Assembly (NCBI GenBank): GCA_963707635.1
Contig: OY970173.1
Location: 2,272,001-2,336,000, forward strand
Length of the DNA stretch: 64,000 bases
Origin: Candidatus Latescibacterota bacterium
Lineage (GTDB): Bacteria; Krumholzibacteriota; Krumholzibacteriia; WVZY01; JAKEHA01
Direction of reading: 5' to 3'
Both the position numbers and the translations under genes were made by a program. Below, piece by piece: positions 51,881-60,842 of the stretch; the first letter of the stretch is position 1; every line of letters begins with the position of its first letter. The notes under the pieces were generated by a model. The model was not told the DNA's origin and ran no database searches. It worked only from the letters and a program-made list of their open reading frames with translations.

Positions 51881-53341
51881 CTAGTCCTCGGTGACGCGCA
51901 CGTCGAGGACCAGCTTGAAACCGCCCGCCCTGCGCAGCTGCGAGCGTCGAATCGCCACCGGGACCCGGATCGTCACCGACGACGGTTCCGGTTCGGCCAC
52001 GCTCGGCGCCGCCGGCTCGCGCGTCACCTCGGCGCGGGTGGTGATGTGCGTGTCCGCCAGCGACGGGCGTCGCATCGGATCGGTGACGAACTCGTCCGGT
52101 CCCTGGTCGCGCGCGGTTTCCGAGGCGAGCGCGGCCTCGTCCAGCGCCGGCAACCTCCCCAGCTCCAGGTCAAACGGACTCTCGGGAATGGCTTCGAACA
52201 ACCCGTCATCGGCGGCGGTGGATTCCGAACGCGGCTTCGCTGCGAGCGGCACGGCCGGGCTGGGCTGGCGCGCCGCCGGCGCCTTGGGAGCTTTGGACGT
52301 GCGGGTCGGCTCGAGTGGCGCTTCGAAACGCATCGGGGCTTCTTCCTCGGCCTCGGGAGCGGCTGCGGGCGCCTCGCGACCGCGCGCGCGCGCGTCGCTC
52401 CCCGACGCGTGCGGTGCTCCCCGCGCCGGCGCCGATGGGCGCGTGGGCACGGGCGCGTCGGCCGGCGCTGGCTCGGCGGGCACCGCTTTCGAGCGCGGTT
52501 TCGGCGCGGCCGGCGCGCGCGGCGCCGCGGGCGCGTCCTCGTCGACCTCGCGGAGCATCATGTCAACCGCGCTGTTAAACTCGTGCTCGTTCTCGTCGCG
52601 CGGCTCGTCCCTCGGTTCCTCCCGCGACACGCGCTGGGGGCGCGACGGCGCCCGTGGCGGCTGCGCCTTTCCGCCGCGCGGGGCGGCCGCGGCAGGCGCC
52701 TTTGGCGGGGTAACAACTTCGGGCGCCGGCAACTCGGCGGCAATATCGCCGCGCTCGAGCCGTTCCTTCAGCACGCGGTACACCATGGTCGCGATCCCGC
52801 GGAAGGTGTCGTAGACGCCGTCGCCTTTGGTCGCGATGGCTTCGAAGGTCGGCACCCGCATGGGGTTGACGCGCGAGTCCAGGTCGCGCACCGCCATCGC
52901 GTCGGGAATGTCGCGCTTGTTGTACTGGATCACCCACGGCAGCGTGTCGAGGCTCAGCCCGTGCTCGTTGAGGTTCTGCTCCAGATTTCGAAGACTCTCG
53001 AGATTCTCGTCGAGCTTTGCGCGCGACGAATCCGCGACGAAGACCAGCGCGTCGACTCCCTTCAAGACCAGTTTGCGAGTCGCGTTGTAGTACACCTGCC
53101 CGGGAACGGTGTAGAGCAGAAAGCGCGTGCGGTAGCCGTTGATCTCGCCCAGCTCGAGGGGCAGAAAATCGAAGAACAGCGTGCGATCGGTCTGGGTCTT
53201 CATCGAGACCATCTTGCCTTTCGCCCCCGCTGGCGTTTTCTCGTGAATGTACTCCAGGTTGGTGGTCTTGCCGCTCAAGCCGGGACCGTAGTAGACGATC
53301 TTGGCGTTGATTTCGCCGCCGGTGTAGTTGAGCACGACCAT
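51881..53341 (-). CDS. MglA-family small GTPase with long Pro/Ala-rich tail
   Basis: KIVYYGPGLSGKTTNL, DRTLFFDFLP, TVPGQVYYNATRKLVLKGVD, QYNKRD; about 290-aa C-terminal extension. Confidence 0.9.
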   Translation of the reverse strand: MVVLNYTGGEINAKIVYYGPGLSGKTTNLEYIHEKTPAGAKGKMVSMKTQTDRTLFFDFLPLELGEINGYRTRFLLYTVPGQVYYNATRKLVLKGVDALVFVADSSRAKLDENLESLRNLEQNLNEHGLSLDTLPWVIQYNKRDIPDAMAVRDLDSRVNPMRVPTFEAIATKGDGVYDTFRGIATMVYRVLKERLERGDIAAELPAPEVVTPPKAPAAAAPRGGKAQPPRAPSRPQRVSREEPRDEPRDENEHEFNSAVDMMLREVDEDAPAAPRAPAAPKPRSKAVPAEPAPADAPVPTRPSAPARGAPHASGSDARARGREAPAAAPEAEEEAPMRFEAPLEPTRTSKAPKAPAARQPSPAVPLAAKPRSESTAADDGLFEAIPESPFDLELGRLPALDEAALASETARDQGPDEFVTDPMRRPSLADTHITTRAEVTREPAAPSVAEPEPSSVTIRVPVAIRRSQLRRAGGFKLVLDVRVTED

Positions 53342-53532
53342 AGCCCGTCGCGTCCTTCCCGTGTCGCGCGTGTCGCGCGGTGATGAGTTACCGGGCACGT
53401 GGGCGCGCGCCGCCGCGCGCCTTCGAAAATATCTCTGCCGGAGCGGCCCTCAGATAATGCTCTTGCTGCATTAGGCCAGGGTGAGAAAGCACAAGCGCCA
53501 CTGATGGAACCGCCCCGGCGGGGGGCGAAAGG

Positions 53533-53548
53533 GCAAGTTACATGCCAA
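53533..53548 (-). promoter_or_regulatory. Putative sigma54 (-24/-12) promoter of the MglA-like gene
   Basis: TTGGCATGTAACTTGC versus consensus TGGCACG-N4-TTGC, with exact GG-N10-GC spacing. Confidence 0.65.
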
Positions 53549-53705
53549 CGGGCGGCGAGCGATTGCGGTTCAACTCGTTGCGTCGCAGTCGGTTTCGTCG
53601 CTCGGCCGAGCCCGCGCTCTCCCGGCGCCCCCGGGTCGGGTGCATAATGCTGCGGTGCTTGCAAAACCGAGACGCGCGCGCCTAGGATGGCGCTCGCGAC
53701 GCTCG

Positions 53706-54941
53706 ATGAATCGCCCCCGACCAGACTTGACCCTCCAGTTCTTCGGCGCCGTCCAGTTCGTCGGGCTGTGCGGAGACCGCCTGAAGCAGTTCTCGATGGT
53801 GGGGATGCTGGGGCTCCTGGCGCCGGGCTCCAGCGTCGAGATGCTCAAGCTCACGCTCTTCTCGCAGGTCCCGATTCTGCTGTTCACACCCATCGCCGGG
53901 TCGCTCATCGATCGCTGGAACAAACCCGCCACCATCCTCGGGGCGTGCCTCGCCCGGGCGTTGCTGCTGCTCGCGGTCCCGAACGCGTACGATCGCGCGG
54001 GCTCGATCTACGCGTTCTTCGCCGCCGCGTTCGTGCTCTCGATCTTCGACCTGATCTTCGCGCCGGCGCGCTCCGCGCTCCTGCCCGAGGTCGTGCCCGC
54101 CGAGCGCCTGCTCCCCACCAATGCGGTGTTCTGGACGCTGGGCATCGCCGGAACTTTGGTGGGATTCGTCGGAGGAGGCTGGGTCTTCGACTTCTTCTCG
54201 TGGCGCACGAGTTTCTACACGAACTCCATCGTCTATGTCGCCGCCGCGGCGCTGATGGTCCCGGTCCTGATCCGGCACCGCCCGCCCGCGCGTTCCGGAC
54301 CCATCCCGCGGGTTCCGCTGCGCACCGAGATCGCGTTCTTCTCGCGCTCGGTGCGGGACGCGGTGGAGCTGCTCAGGCAGAGCCGCGAGCTCCGCTCGAG
54401 TCTCACCGTCCAAGCCGGTGTGTTCGCGGTCGGCGGCGTCTTGAGCGTCATCGCGATCTCGCACGTGCAGGAGCTCTCCGCGCCGGACAGCGCGCTGTTC
54501 CTGAGCGAGATCGGCGCGGCGCTGATTCTCGGGCTGGTGGTGGGCGCGTTTCTCGCCGGCTGGTATCGCGGGCGCAACCTGCCCGAGCGCACCGTGTCGG
54601 TGGGCACACTCACGTGCGGCGTGGCGATCGCCGGCATGGGCCGCGCCGAGACGTTGGTGCCGATGTGCATCTGGGCGGGGCTCCTCGGCGCCTCACTCTC
54701 GCCGGTGTTCATCGTGACGGAGACGCTCATGCAGCACCAGAGCCCGCGCCAGTTCACCGGCCGCATCTTCGCCGCGCGCGAGGCGTTCATCAAGGCGGCG
54801 TATATCGTGGCCGCGGTGGCGGCTACGGGCGTCAACGCCTTCGTCTCCAAGTCCGCCCTCCTGGTCGGGTTGGGCCTGTTTCTTGCACTGCTGGGCGTCA
54901 TCCTCGAGCGGACCAGGTGGTTGAGAATGGAGAAACGATGA
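53706..54941 (+). CDS. MFS transporter (H+-antiporter/LplT-like)
   Basis: About 12 TM segments; PIAGSLIDRWNK motif A; FAPARSALLPEVV. Confidence 0.85.
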   Translation: MNRPRPDLTLQFFGAVQFVGLCGDRLKQFSMVGMLGLLAPGSSVEMLKLTLFSQVPILLFTPIAGSLIDRWNKPATILGACLARALLLLAVPNAYDRAGSIYAFFAAAFVLSIFDLIFAPARSALLPEVVPAERLLPTNAVFWTLGIAGTLVGFVGGGWVFDFFSWRTSFYTNSIVYVAAAALMVPVLIRHRPPARSGPIPRVPLRTEIAFFSRSVRDAVELLRQSRELRSSLTVQAGVFAVGGVLSVIAISHVQELSAPDSALFLSEIGAALILGLVVGAFLAGWYRGRNLPERTVSVGTLTCGVAIAGMGRAETLVPMCIWAGLLGASLSPVFIVTETLMQHQSPRQFTGRIFAAREAFIKAAYIVAAVAATGVNAFVSKSALLVGLGLFLALLGVILERTRWLRMEKR

Positions 54942-55396
54942 AGAACCGCAACACATCATCGGGCGTCGTCGAGAAGATGATGAAAGAGATGTTCGCCCGG
55001 CTCCTGAACATCGAAGTCAGCCAGGCCGTCATCGAAAAACTTGTGCCCGTGATCGAAGGCGTGACCGAAAAAGTCGACGGCCAGATCAACCTCGACACCG
55101 TCCAGGGGCAGAACACGTTCCGCGCGCTGATCTGCAGCATGGTCGCGCACGGCTGGGGGCTCGGTATGCACCCGGACAACAACCCGAACACGAATCTCGA
55201 CGGCAAGGTGCTCGAGGTGAAGGTGTGCAAGGACATCCTGGTCCCGATGGAAACCATGAAGTCGATTCGCTACGTCAAGAAGGACCAGTACGGTCGGGTG
55301 CGCAAGGCCCTGTTCGAGCCCGATCAGAACGCGCGAATCTGGGGTTCGATCGACGAAATGCTGGAGAAGCTGTCCAAGGAAAAGTGGCAGGAGTAG
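54938..55396 (+). CDS. Hypothetical soluble protein, 152 aa
   Basis: ATGA overlap with the MFS stop, GGAG SD, strong GC3 bias; no motif recognised. Confidence 0.75.
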   Translation: MKNRNTSSGVVEKMMKEMFARLLNIEVSQAVIEKLVPVIEGVTEKVDGQINLDTVQGQNTFRALICSMVAHGWGLGMHPDNNPNTNLDGKVLEVKVCKDILVPMETMKSIRYVKKDQYGRVRKALFEPDQNARIWGSIDEMLEKLSKEKWQE

Positions 55397-55397
55397 C

Positions 55398-56309
55398 TCA
55401 ACGGCCCGTGTTCGGGCCGCCGTTGCCGTCGGCGTTTTCGTTCTTCTTTTCCAATTCGATCACCCGCCCGTTCTCCTTGAACTCCACCGAATCCATTATG
55501 TTGCGCATCAGGTAGACGCCGCGCCCCGACGAGCGCAAGAGCGCGTCGCCCCGGGTGGGGTCCGCCACCTTCGCCAGGTCGAATCCCTCGCCCTCGTCCC
55601 GGACCCGCATGCGGAACCGGTTCGGACTCGCGTAGATCTGGATGCTCACCTTCTTGTCGGGCTGCGAACGGTTGCCGTGCACGATCGCGTTGGTGATCGC
55701 CTCGTCGCACGCGAGCGGAACGTTGACGCGCGTATCCTGGGGCGGGAACCCGAATTCCTTGAGCAGATTCGAAATGTGGTAGTTGATGCCGATGACATAG
55801 GTCAGGTCGCTGGGGATGACGAAATCCATCCGCACCGTGGATCGCCGCATCAGGTCCGGGTGGCGCTTGAAGTTGGGAACGTTGGGCAGCGCGGTGGCGA
55901 TCTCGCGCGAGAGATTGATGCGGCCAAACGGCGGGAGCAGAATGCCGTGCACGCCGATGGATTGCAGTCGCAGCGAACTCTGCTGGTCGCAGGTGTCGAG
56001 CACCGCCAGGACTACCAGCTGCGGAAAGTCGAGGCGCAGGCGGCGCAGCGCGGGCACGTCAATGGCGTCGCCGCGCGGCTCGACCAGAAACACGAAGGCC
56101 AGCGCGATCCGTTCGAGTTGCGCCAGCGCGCGCGCGAGGTCGGCGACACCGGCGAAGCGGGCGGCGCCCGGCGGCGCGTCCTCGCATTCACGATACACGC
56201 GCTCGAGAAACGACGGGTCGGAAGAAACCAGGTAAACGGCCCGTTCGCCGCGCGCCGGAAGGGCGGCGGGACGGTCGCCCGAGGTGGAATCAGAAGACTT
56301 TCTGGCCAT
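55398..56309 (-). CDS. RsbW/SpoIIAB-like anti-sigma Ser kinase (HATPase_c_2) with degenerate receiver-like N-domain
   Basis: EAITNAIVHGN, VRDEGEGFD, SGRGVYLM. Confidence 0.82.
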   Translation of the reverse strand: MARKSSDSTSGDRPAALPARGERAVYLVSSDPSFLERVYRECEDAPPGAARFAGVADLARALAQLERIALAFVFLVEPRGDAIDVPALRRLRLDFPQLVVLAVLDTCDQQSSLRLQSIGVHGILLPPFGRINLSREIATALPNVPNFKRHPDLMRRSTVRMDFVIPSDLTYVIGINYHISNLLKEFGFPPQDTRVNVPLACDEAITNAIVHGNRSQPDKKVSIQIYASPNRFRMRVRDEGEGFDLAKVADPTRGDALLRSSGRGVYLMRNIMDSVEFKENGRVIELEKKNENADGNGGPNTGR

Positions 56310-56793
56310 TGGCCAAGATCTCGTTCAACGCTTCCTTGAAGTAGTTCGTCGAGTGAGCGGTCTCCGGCCCGACCTTCTCCTTATAGAGCTCCCACGACTT
56401 CTTGATCTCTTCGCCAAGCGTCGTCATGAGGGTCCCGTCTTTGAGCGCCTGGTCGCGCTTCTCGCGGTTGTACCACAGAATGTCGGAAACGAGAACCCTC
56501 GCCAATCGTTTCGCGCGATCCTCGCCGGAGCGTCCCCCGCGGGCGGTAGCCTCCTCCGGCCCCGCGGCCGGAGCGGCCGCCGGCGATTCCGCTGCCTGCT
56601 CCAGCTCGACCGGGCGCGTCGGCGGCGCTTCGACGGCTCCCCCCACCGCGACCCCGACCGGAACCCGCGCCGGGCGCGGGGCCAGCATGAACACCGCCCG
56701 GCACTTCGGGCACCGGACCTTGAGCGGGTTCGCCGGGATCTTTTCCTCGGGCAGGAAGTATTTTGCAGCGCAACTCTGGCACTGAATGATCAT
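56290..56793 (-). CDS. MJ0042-type zinc-ribbon protein with conserved helical C-domain
   Basis: MIIQCQSC..KY...VRCPKC..F; C-domain AKRLARVLVSDILWYN. Confidence 0.85.
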   Translation of the reverse strand: MIIQCQSCAAKYFLPEEKIPANPLKVRCPKCRAVFMLAPRPARVPVGVAVGGAVEAPPTRPVELEQAAESPAAAPAAGPEEATARGGRSGEDRAKRLARVLVSDILWYNREKRDQALKDGTLMTTLGEEIKKSWELYKEKVGPETAHSTNYFKEALNEILANGQKVF

Positions 56794-56926
56794 CGCGCAT
56801 CACTCCGTCTAAGGCACCGAAACCGCAGATTTGCCCTGGCGACCCACCCGGCAACGAACGCCGGGCCGGTATTCGCGCTTGCCCGTCCGCGTTCGAACGG
56901 ATGTTTCCTCCCCTCCCAAGCAACTA

Positions 56927-57994
56927 TCACGCCAGCGTTTTTGCTCCCACGCCCGCCCCTTCGAGCTCGAGCAGCGCGACTTTGCGCCACCTCCCCCCTC
57001 CGTATCCGCCGGTCTCGCCGTTCTTGCGCACCACCCGGTGGCACGGGATCAGGATGGCGATCCGATTCATCCCATTGGCCGTCCCCACCGCGCGTACCGC
57101 TCCCGGGACCCCGATGGCGCGCGCAATGTCCTCGTAGGAACGCGTGTGTCCGTAGGGGATGTCGCGAAGCGCGGCCCACACCCGGGTCTGAAACGGCGTC
57201 CCGGGTGCATCGAGCCGAACCTCGAAGCGCGTGCGCGCCCCGGCGAAATACTCCTCGAGCTCCGCCCGCGCCTGGTCGATCATCGGGTTGGTCCCCGGCA
57301 CCATCGCGGTGCGGTAACGACGCTTCACCATTTCGACCTGCGCGTTGAGCTTCCGGCGCGCCGCAAACTCGGCCAGGCACACCGCCGCCGACGTCGCGGC
57401 GACGATCATGGGCCCCAGCGGTGTTTCCACCAGGCTCACCACGATGCAGTCCTTAGCGCGCGCGCGGCCCGGCGGGCTGCCGAAGGTGCGCGCGAACGCC
57501 TCCCGAAAGCCGCTGTGCGATTCGTACCCGTGCTCGAACACCACGTCGTCGATCTCGGCACCCCGCCGGATGCTGTCGAGGGCGCCCGCCATCCGCCTTC
57601 CGCGGGAGTAGGCGTGGAAGGTCATGCCGTGGCGCGCGAGAAAATAGCGCCGGACGCGCGCCGGGTCGACGCCCAGCGCGCGCAGGTCGCGGTCTCGCAG
57701 ACGCGTGCCGGGGTCGGTTTCCACCCGCTCCAAAAGCGGCGAGATCCATGGCGGCGGAGTTCCCCCCACATCCATCGGCCGGCACCGCTTGCACGGCCGA
57801 TACCCCGCAAAAACGGCATCCTCGGCCGAGGCAAAATAGTCGACGTTCTCCGGGCGGGGTTTTCGCGCCGGGCAAGAGGGCCGGCAGAACACGCCGGTCG
57901 TTCGCACTCCGAGATAGAACACTCCGTCGTAGGACACGTCGCGCCCCACCGAGGCGCGTTCCATTTCTCGAACCGTAGGTAGACTCTTCATCAT
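56927..57994 (-). CDS. ada: Bifunctional Ada regulator / O6-methylguanine-DNA methyltransferase
   Basis: TTGVFCRPSC..GYRPCKRC Zn domain, AraC HTH, GTPFQ, IPCHRV active site. Confidence 0.93.
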   Translation of the reverse strand: MMKSLPTVREMERASVGRDVSYDGVFYLGVRTTGVFCRPSCPARKPRPENVDYFASAEDAVFAGYRPCKRCRPMDVGGTPPPWISPLLERVETDPGTRLRDRDLRALGVDPARVRRYFLARHGMTFHAYSRGRRMAGALDSIRRGAEIDDVVFEHGYESHSGFREAFARTFGSPPGRARAKDCIVVSLVETPLGPMIVAATSAAVCLAEFAARRKLNAQVEMVKRRYRTAMVPGTNPMIDQARAELEEYFAGARTRFEVRLDAPGTPFQTRVWAALRDIPYGHTRSYEDIARAIGVPGAVRAVGTANGMNRIAILIPCHRVVRKNGETGGYGGGRWRKVALLELEGAGVGAKTLA

Positions 57995-58102
57995 CCTCTC
58001 CTTCGCGGGTCAGGGTCGCGAAGATCTTCGCCACTTCCCGATCGTTGCTCCACCGACAATTGAACGTGGAATTATTTTTCTTTCCAGGCGAGGGGCCCGC
58101 GC

Positions 58103-60220
58103 TCATGCGACCGTCATGACCCGGGATCCCTCGTCGTCGGACAGCACCGCCCGCAGATGCTCGCGGCATCGCCGGCCGTCGGCGCCGGAGAGCCCGGCGT
58201 CGCGGTCGAGGAGCGACTTCACCGCCCGGCTGGCGCGCTCCACCAGCCCGCGGTCGCGCAGCGGGTTCGCCACCCGGAAGCCGGGCACGCCGTGCTGGCG
58301 CGTGCCGAGGAATTCGCCTGGGCCGCGCAGCCGCAGGTCCTCCTCCGCGATCCTGAATCCGTCGTTCTCGCGCACGAGCGCGCCGAGTCGCTCCATGGCC
58401 TCCGGTGACGCGCCATCGCCCACCAGCAGGAAGCAGAATCCGTCGCGCCCGCCACGCCCGACGCGCCCCCGGAGCTGGTGCAGCTGCGACAGGCCGAATC
58501 GTTCGGCCTGATGGATCGCCATGATGGTCGCCTGGGGAACGTGGACGCCCACTTCCACCACCGTCGTGGTCACCAGCACCCGCACCACGCCGGCCCGGAA
58601 CGCCGCCATCACCTCGTCTTTTTCCGCCATCGACATGCGTCCGTGCAGGATCGCCATCGGGACCCCCTTCAGCGCCCCTTCGGAAAGCTCGGCGTGTGCG
58701 GCTTCGGCCGCCTCCATGTCCTGCTTTTCCGACTCCTCGATCACCGGGTAGAGCAGGTACGCCTGCTCGCCGGCGCCCTGCCGGTCGCGGATGTATTCGT
58801 ACATCGCCTCCCGCTTCTCCGGCGGGACCACCCGCGTCTTGACCGCCGCGCGCCCCGGCGGCAGCTCGTCGATGACCGAAAGGTCGAGGTCGGCGTAGGC
58901 GGTGAGTGCCAGCGTGCGCGGTATCGGGGTCGCCGTCATCACGAGCATGTGGGGATCGCCGGCCAGCAGCGCGGCCCGCTGGCGGACCCCGAAGCGGTGC
59001 TGCTCGTCGATCACCACCAGGGCGAGGCGCTTGAACGCCACCTCCGCCTGAATCAGCGCGTGCGTGCCGACCACCGCGTGAATCGTACCCGCGCGGAGTC
59101 CTTCGTGCACCCGCCGCTTCTCGGCGGGCTTGAGGGAACCGATCAGGAGCGTCATCGACAGCCCCAGCCGTTCCATGTGCGGCACCAGGGTGCGGAAGTG
59201 CTGCACCGCCAGGATCTCCGTCGGAACCATCATCGCCGCCTGGTGGCCGGCTTCGATCGCGGCCAGGAGTGCGGCGGCCGCCACCACCGTCTTGCCGGAA
59301 CCGACATCCCCCTGCAGCAGGCGATTCATGCCGGGGGCGGTTTCGAGGTCGGCGTGGATCTCGTCCACGACGCGCCGTTGCGCGGCGGTGAGCGGGAACG
59401 GCAGGGCGGCCAGAAACCGCTTCTCGAGCTCGAACGGCACGCGGAGGCGCGGACGGCTGGTGCGTTCCATCCGCCGCCGGCGCCGCAGCGAGAGAACGAG
59501 CTGCATGTAGAACAGTTCCTCGAGCTTCATCCGCTCCAGCGCCTGCTCAAACGCGCGTTCGTCGCTCGGAAAGTGCATGGACTGGAGCGCCTGGAAGCGC
59601 GACGGCGTCGCCGTGTCGAGTACGTCGTCGGGCAGCGTCTCGGGAACCGCGTCGTGGTAGGCGTCGAGCACACGGGCCACGAGGGCGCGCAGGTACCGCT
59701 GGCTGATGCCCGCCGTCAGGCGGTACACCGGCACGATACGCCCGCCCGTCTCGGTCTCGCGCGGATCTCCCTCCCCCTCCACGTACTCGAATTCCGGGTT
59801 GACCACCTGGCGCTGTCCGCGAAAGAACGCGAGCCGACCGCTCACGATCAGTTCGCGACCGGGCTTGAGGTGACGAACCAGGTAGGGCTGGTTGAACCAG
59901 ACCACCTGCACGATCCCGGTGTCGTCTCCGAGTGCCGCGATCACCATCGAGCGCCGGCGAAACGGCGAGCGCTGCGTGACCGAAAGGACGCGGCCCACGA
60001 ACGTCTCCTCGACGCCGGGGTGCAACGACGCGATGGGGGCCAGCCGGCGGCGGTCGTAATACGTGCGTGGGAAGTGGGTCAGGAGGTCGTTGACGTTCTC
60101 GATCCCGAGGCGCCGGAGCGCTTCGGCACGAGTAGGTCCCACGCCCTTCAGGAACTGGCAGCCGTCCTCCAGGGAGCGGGCATTGCCCGCGTCGTGCGGC
60201 CGCGCGGCATGTGCTGGCAT
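58103..60220 (-). CDS. recG: ATP-dependent DNA helicase RecG
   Basis: LKGVGP, LLQGDVGSGKT, DEQHRFGV, MTATPIPRTL, QLRGRVGRG, DLRLRGPGE; AAGGAG SD. Confidence 0.97.
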   Translation of the reverse strand: MPAHAARPHDAGNARSLEDGCQFLKGVGPTRAEALRRLGIENVNDLLTHFPRTYYDRRRLAPIASLHPGVEETFVGRVLSVTQRSPFRRRSMVIAALGDDTGIVQVVWFNQPYLVRHLKPGRELIVSGRLAFFRGQRQVVNPEFEYVEGEGDPRETETGGRIVPVYRLTAGISQRYLRALVARVLDAYHDAVPETLPDDVLDTATPSRFQALQSMHFPSDERAFEQALERMKLEELFYMQLVLSLRRRRRMERTSRPRLRVPFELEKRFLAALPFPLTAAQRRVVDEIHADLETAPGMNRLLQGDVGSGKTVVAAAALLAAIEAGHQAAMMVPTEILAVQHFRTLVPHMERLGLSMTLLIGSLKPAEKRRVHEGLRAGTIHAVVGTHALIQAEVAFKRLALVVIDEQHRFGVRQRAALLAGDPHMLVMTATPIPRTLALTAYADLDLSVIDELPPGRAAVKTRVVPPEKREAMYEYIRDRQGAGEQAYLLYPVIEESEKQDMEAAEAAHAELSEGALKGVPMAILHGRMSMAEKDEVMAAFRAGVVRVLVTTTVVEVGVHVPQATIMAIHQAERFGLSQLHQLRGRVGRGGRDGFCFLLVGDGASPEAMERLGALVRENDGFRIAEEDLRLRGPGEFLGTRQHGVPGFRVANPLRDRGLVERASRAVKSLLDRDAGLSGADGRRCREHLRAVLSDDEGSRVMTVA

Positions 60221-60230
60221 CGACAACTCC

Positions 60231-60259
60231 TTGCGCCGTAAGCGGCGTTCTGGTATGGT
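60231..60259 (+). promoter_or_regulatory. Putative rpmB promoter (TTGCGC-N17-TATGGT, extended -10)
   Basis: Correct spacing in the recG/rpmB divergent gap. Confidence 0.5.
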
Positions 60260-60301
60260 ACGGCAACCCCACCCCGGGGGTCTATAACGGAGGTTCATGG
60301 C

Positions 60302-60493
60302 ATGAGTCGTCGATGCGCGGTGTGCGGGAAGGGGCCCATGGTCGGTCACAAGGTGAGCCACGCTCACAACCTGACCAAGCGCCGCTGGCTTCCCAATCTT
60401 CAGAAGATCAAGATCGAGTCCGCCGGCAGGGTTCACGCCGCGTATGTCTGCACGGGCTGCATTCGCACCGGCAAGATCCGGAAGGTCGTTTAG
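60302..60493 (+). CDS. rpmB: 50S ribosomal protein L28 (Zn-binding CxxC type)
   Basis: [34 protein letters not shown]. Confidence 0.97.
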   Translation: MSRRCAVCGKGPMVGHKVSHAHNLTKRRWLPNLQKIKIESAGRVHAAYVCTGCIRTGKIRKVV

Positions 60494-60527
60494 CGCGCGG
60501 TTTCGCACCGCTTCGCGCCGAGTCTTC

Positions 60528-60561
60528 AAAGCGCCCCGCACCCCGGTGCGGGGCGTTTTTG
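60528..60561 (+). terminator. Intrinsic terminator after rpmB
   Basis: CGCCCCGCAC..GTGCGGGGCG stem followed by TTTTT. Confidence 0.85.
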
Positions 60562-60677
60562 CTTGCCGGCGGGGCCGATGGCTGAGGCGATTCTGGAGCC
60601 CGGCGTACCAACGCCTTGCGGCTACGAACGCGACCCGGGGCGGGCCGATCTTTTTTGAGCGATCGACCGGCCGGGCG

Positions 60678-60706
60678 TTGACGCCGGCGGGTTACCGGAA
60701 TAGACT
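60678..60706 (+). promoter_or_regulatory. Sigma70 promoter (TTGACG-N17-TAGACT) of a candidate sRNA
   Basis: Consensus-like hexamers 7 nt upstream of the hairpin; no plus-strand gene follows. Confidence 0.7.
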
Positions 60707-60713
60707 TTCGTAC

Positions 60714-60830
60714 GGAAGGGATTCTCGAGACATCGTCAGCCCGTTAGTTCTGGGACAAAGTTTCCTCTTCCTGTATCCCCGTTCCAAGAAGTTTCGGCCG
60801 ACGTGTCAGCGGGAACCCTTTCTTTTTTTT
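60714..60830 (+). ncRNA. Candidate rod-shaped small RNA, family unrecognised
   Basis: 5' GGAAGGGATTCTCG-A-GACATCGTCAGCC pairs with 3' GGCCGACGTGTC-AG-CGGGAACCCTTTC, including G-U pairs and bulges; inner stem; T8 tail; own promoter. Confidence 0.7.
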
Positions 60831-60842
60831 GGGTGCGGGCGG

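Noticed and set aside
53361..53379. Short tandem repeat GTGTCGCGC x2
   Set aside because: Two 9-bp copies in GC-rich DNA are not significant
60714..60830. SRP RNA (ffs), tRNA or simple terminator of the TPR gene
   Set aside because: No SRP helix-8 motifs or cloverleaf; the U-tract and promoter are on the plus strand, opposite to the TPR gene
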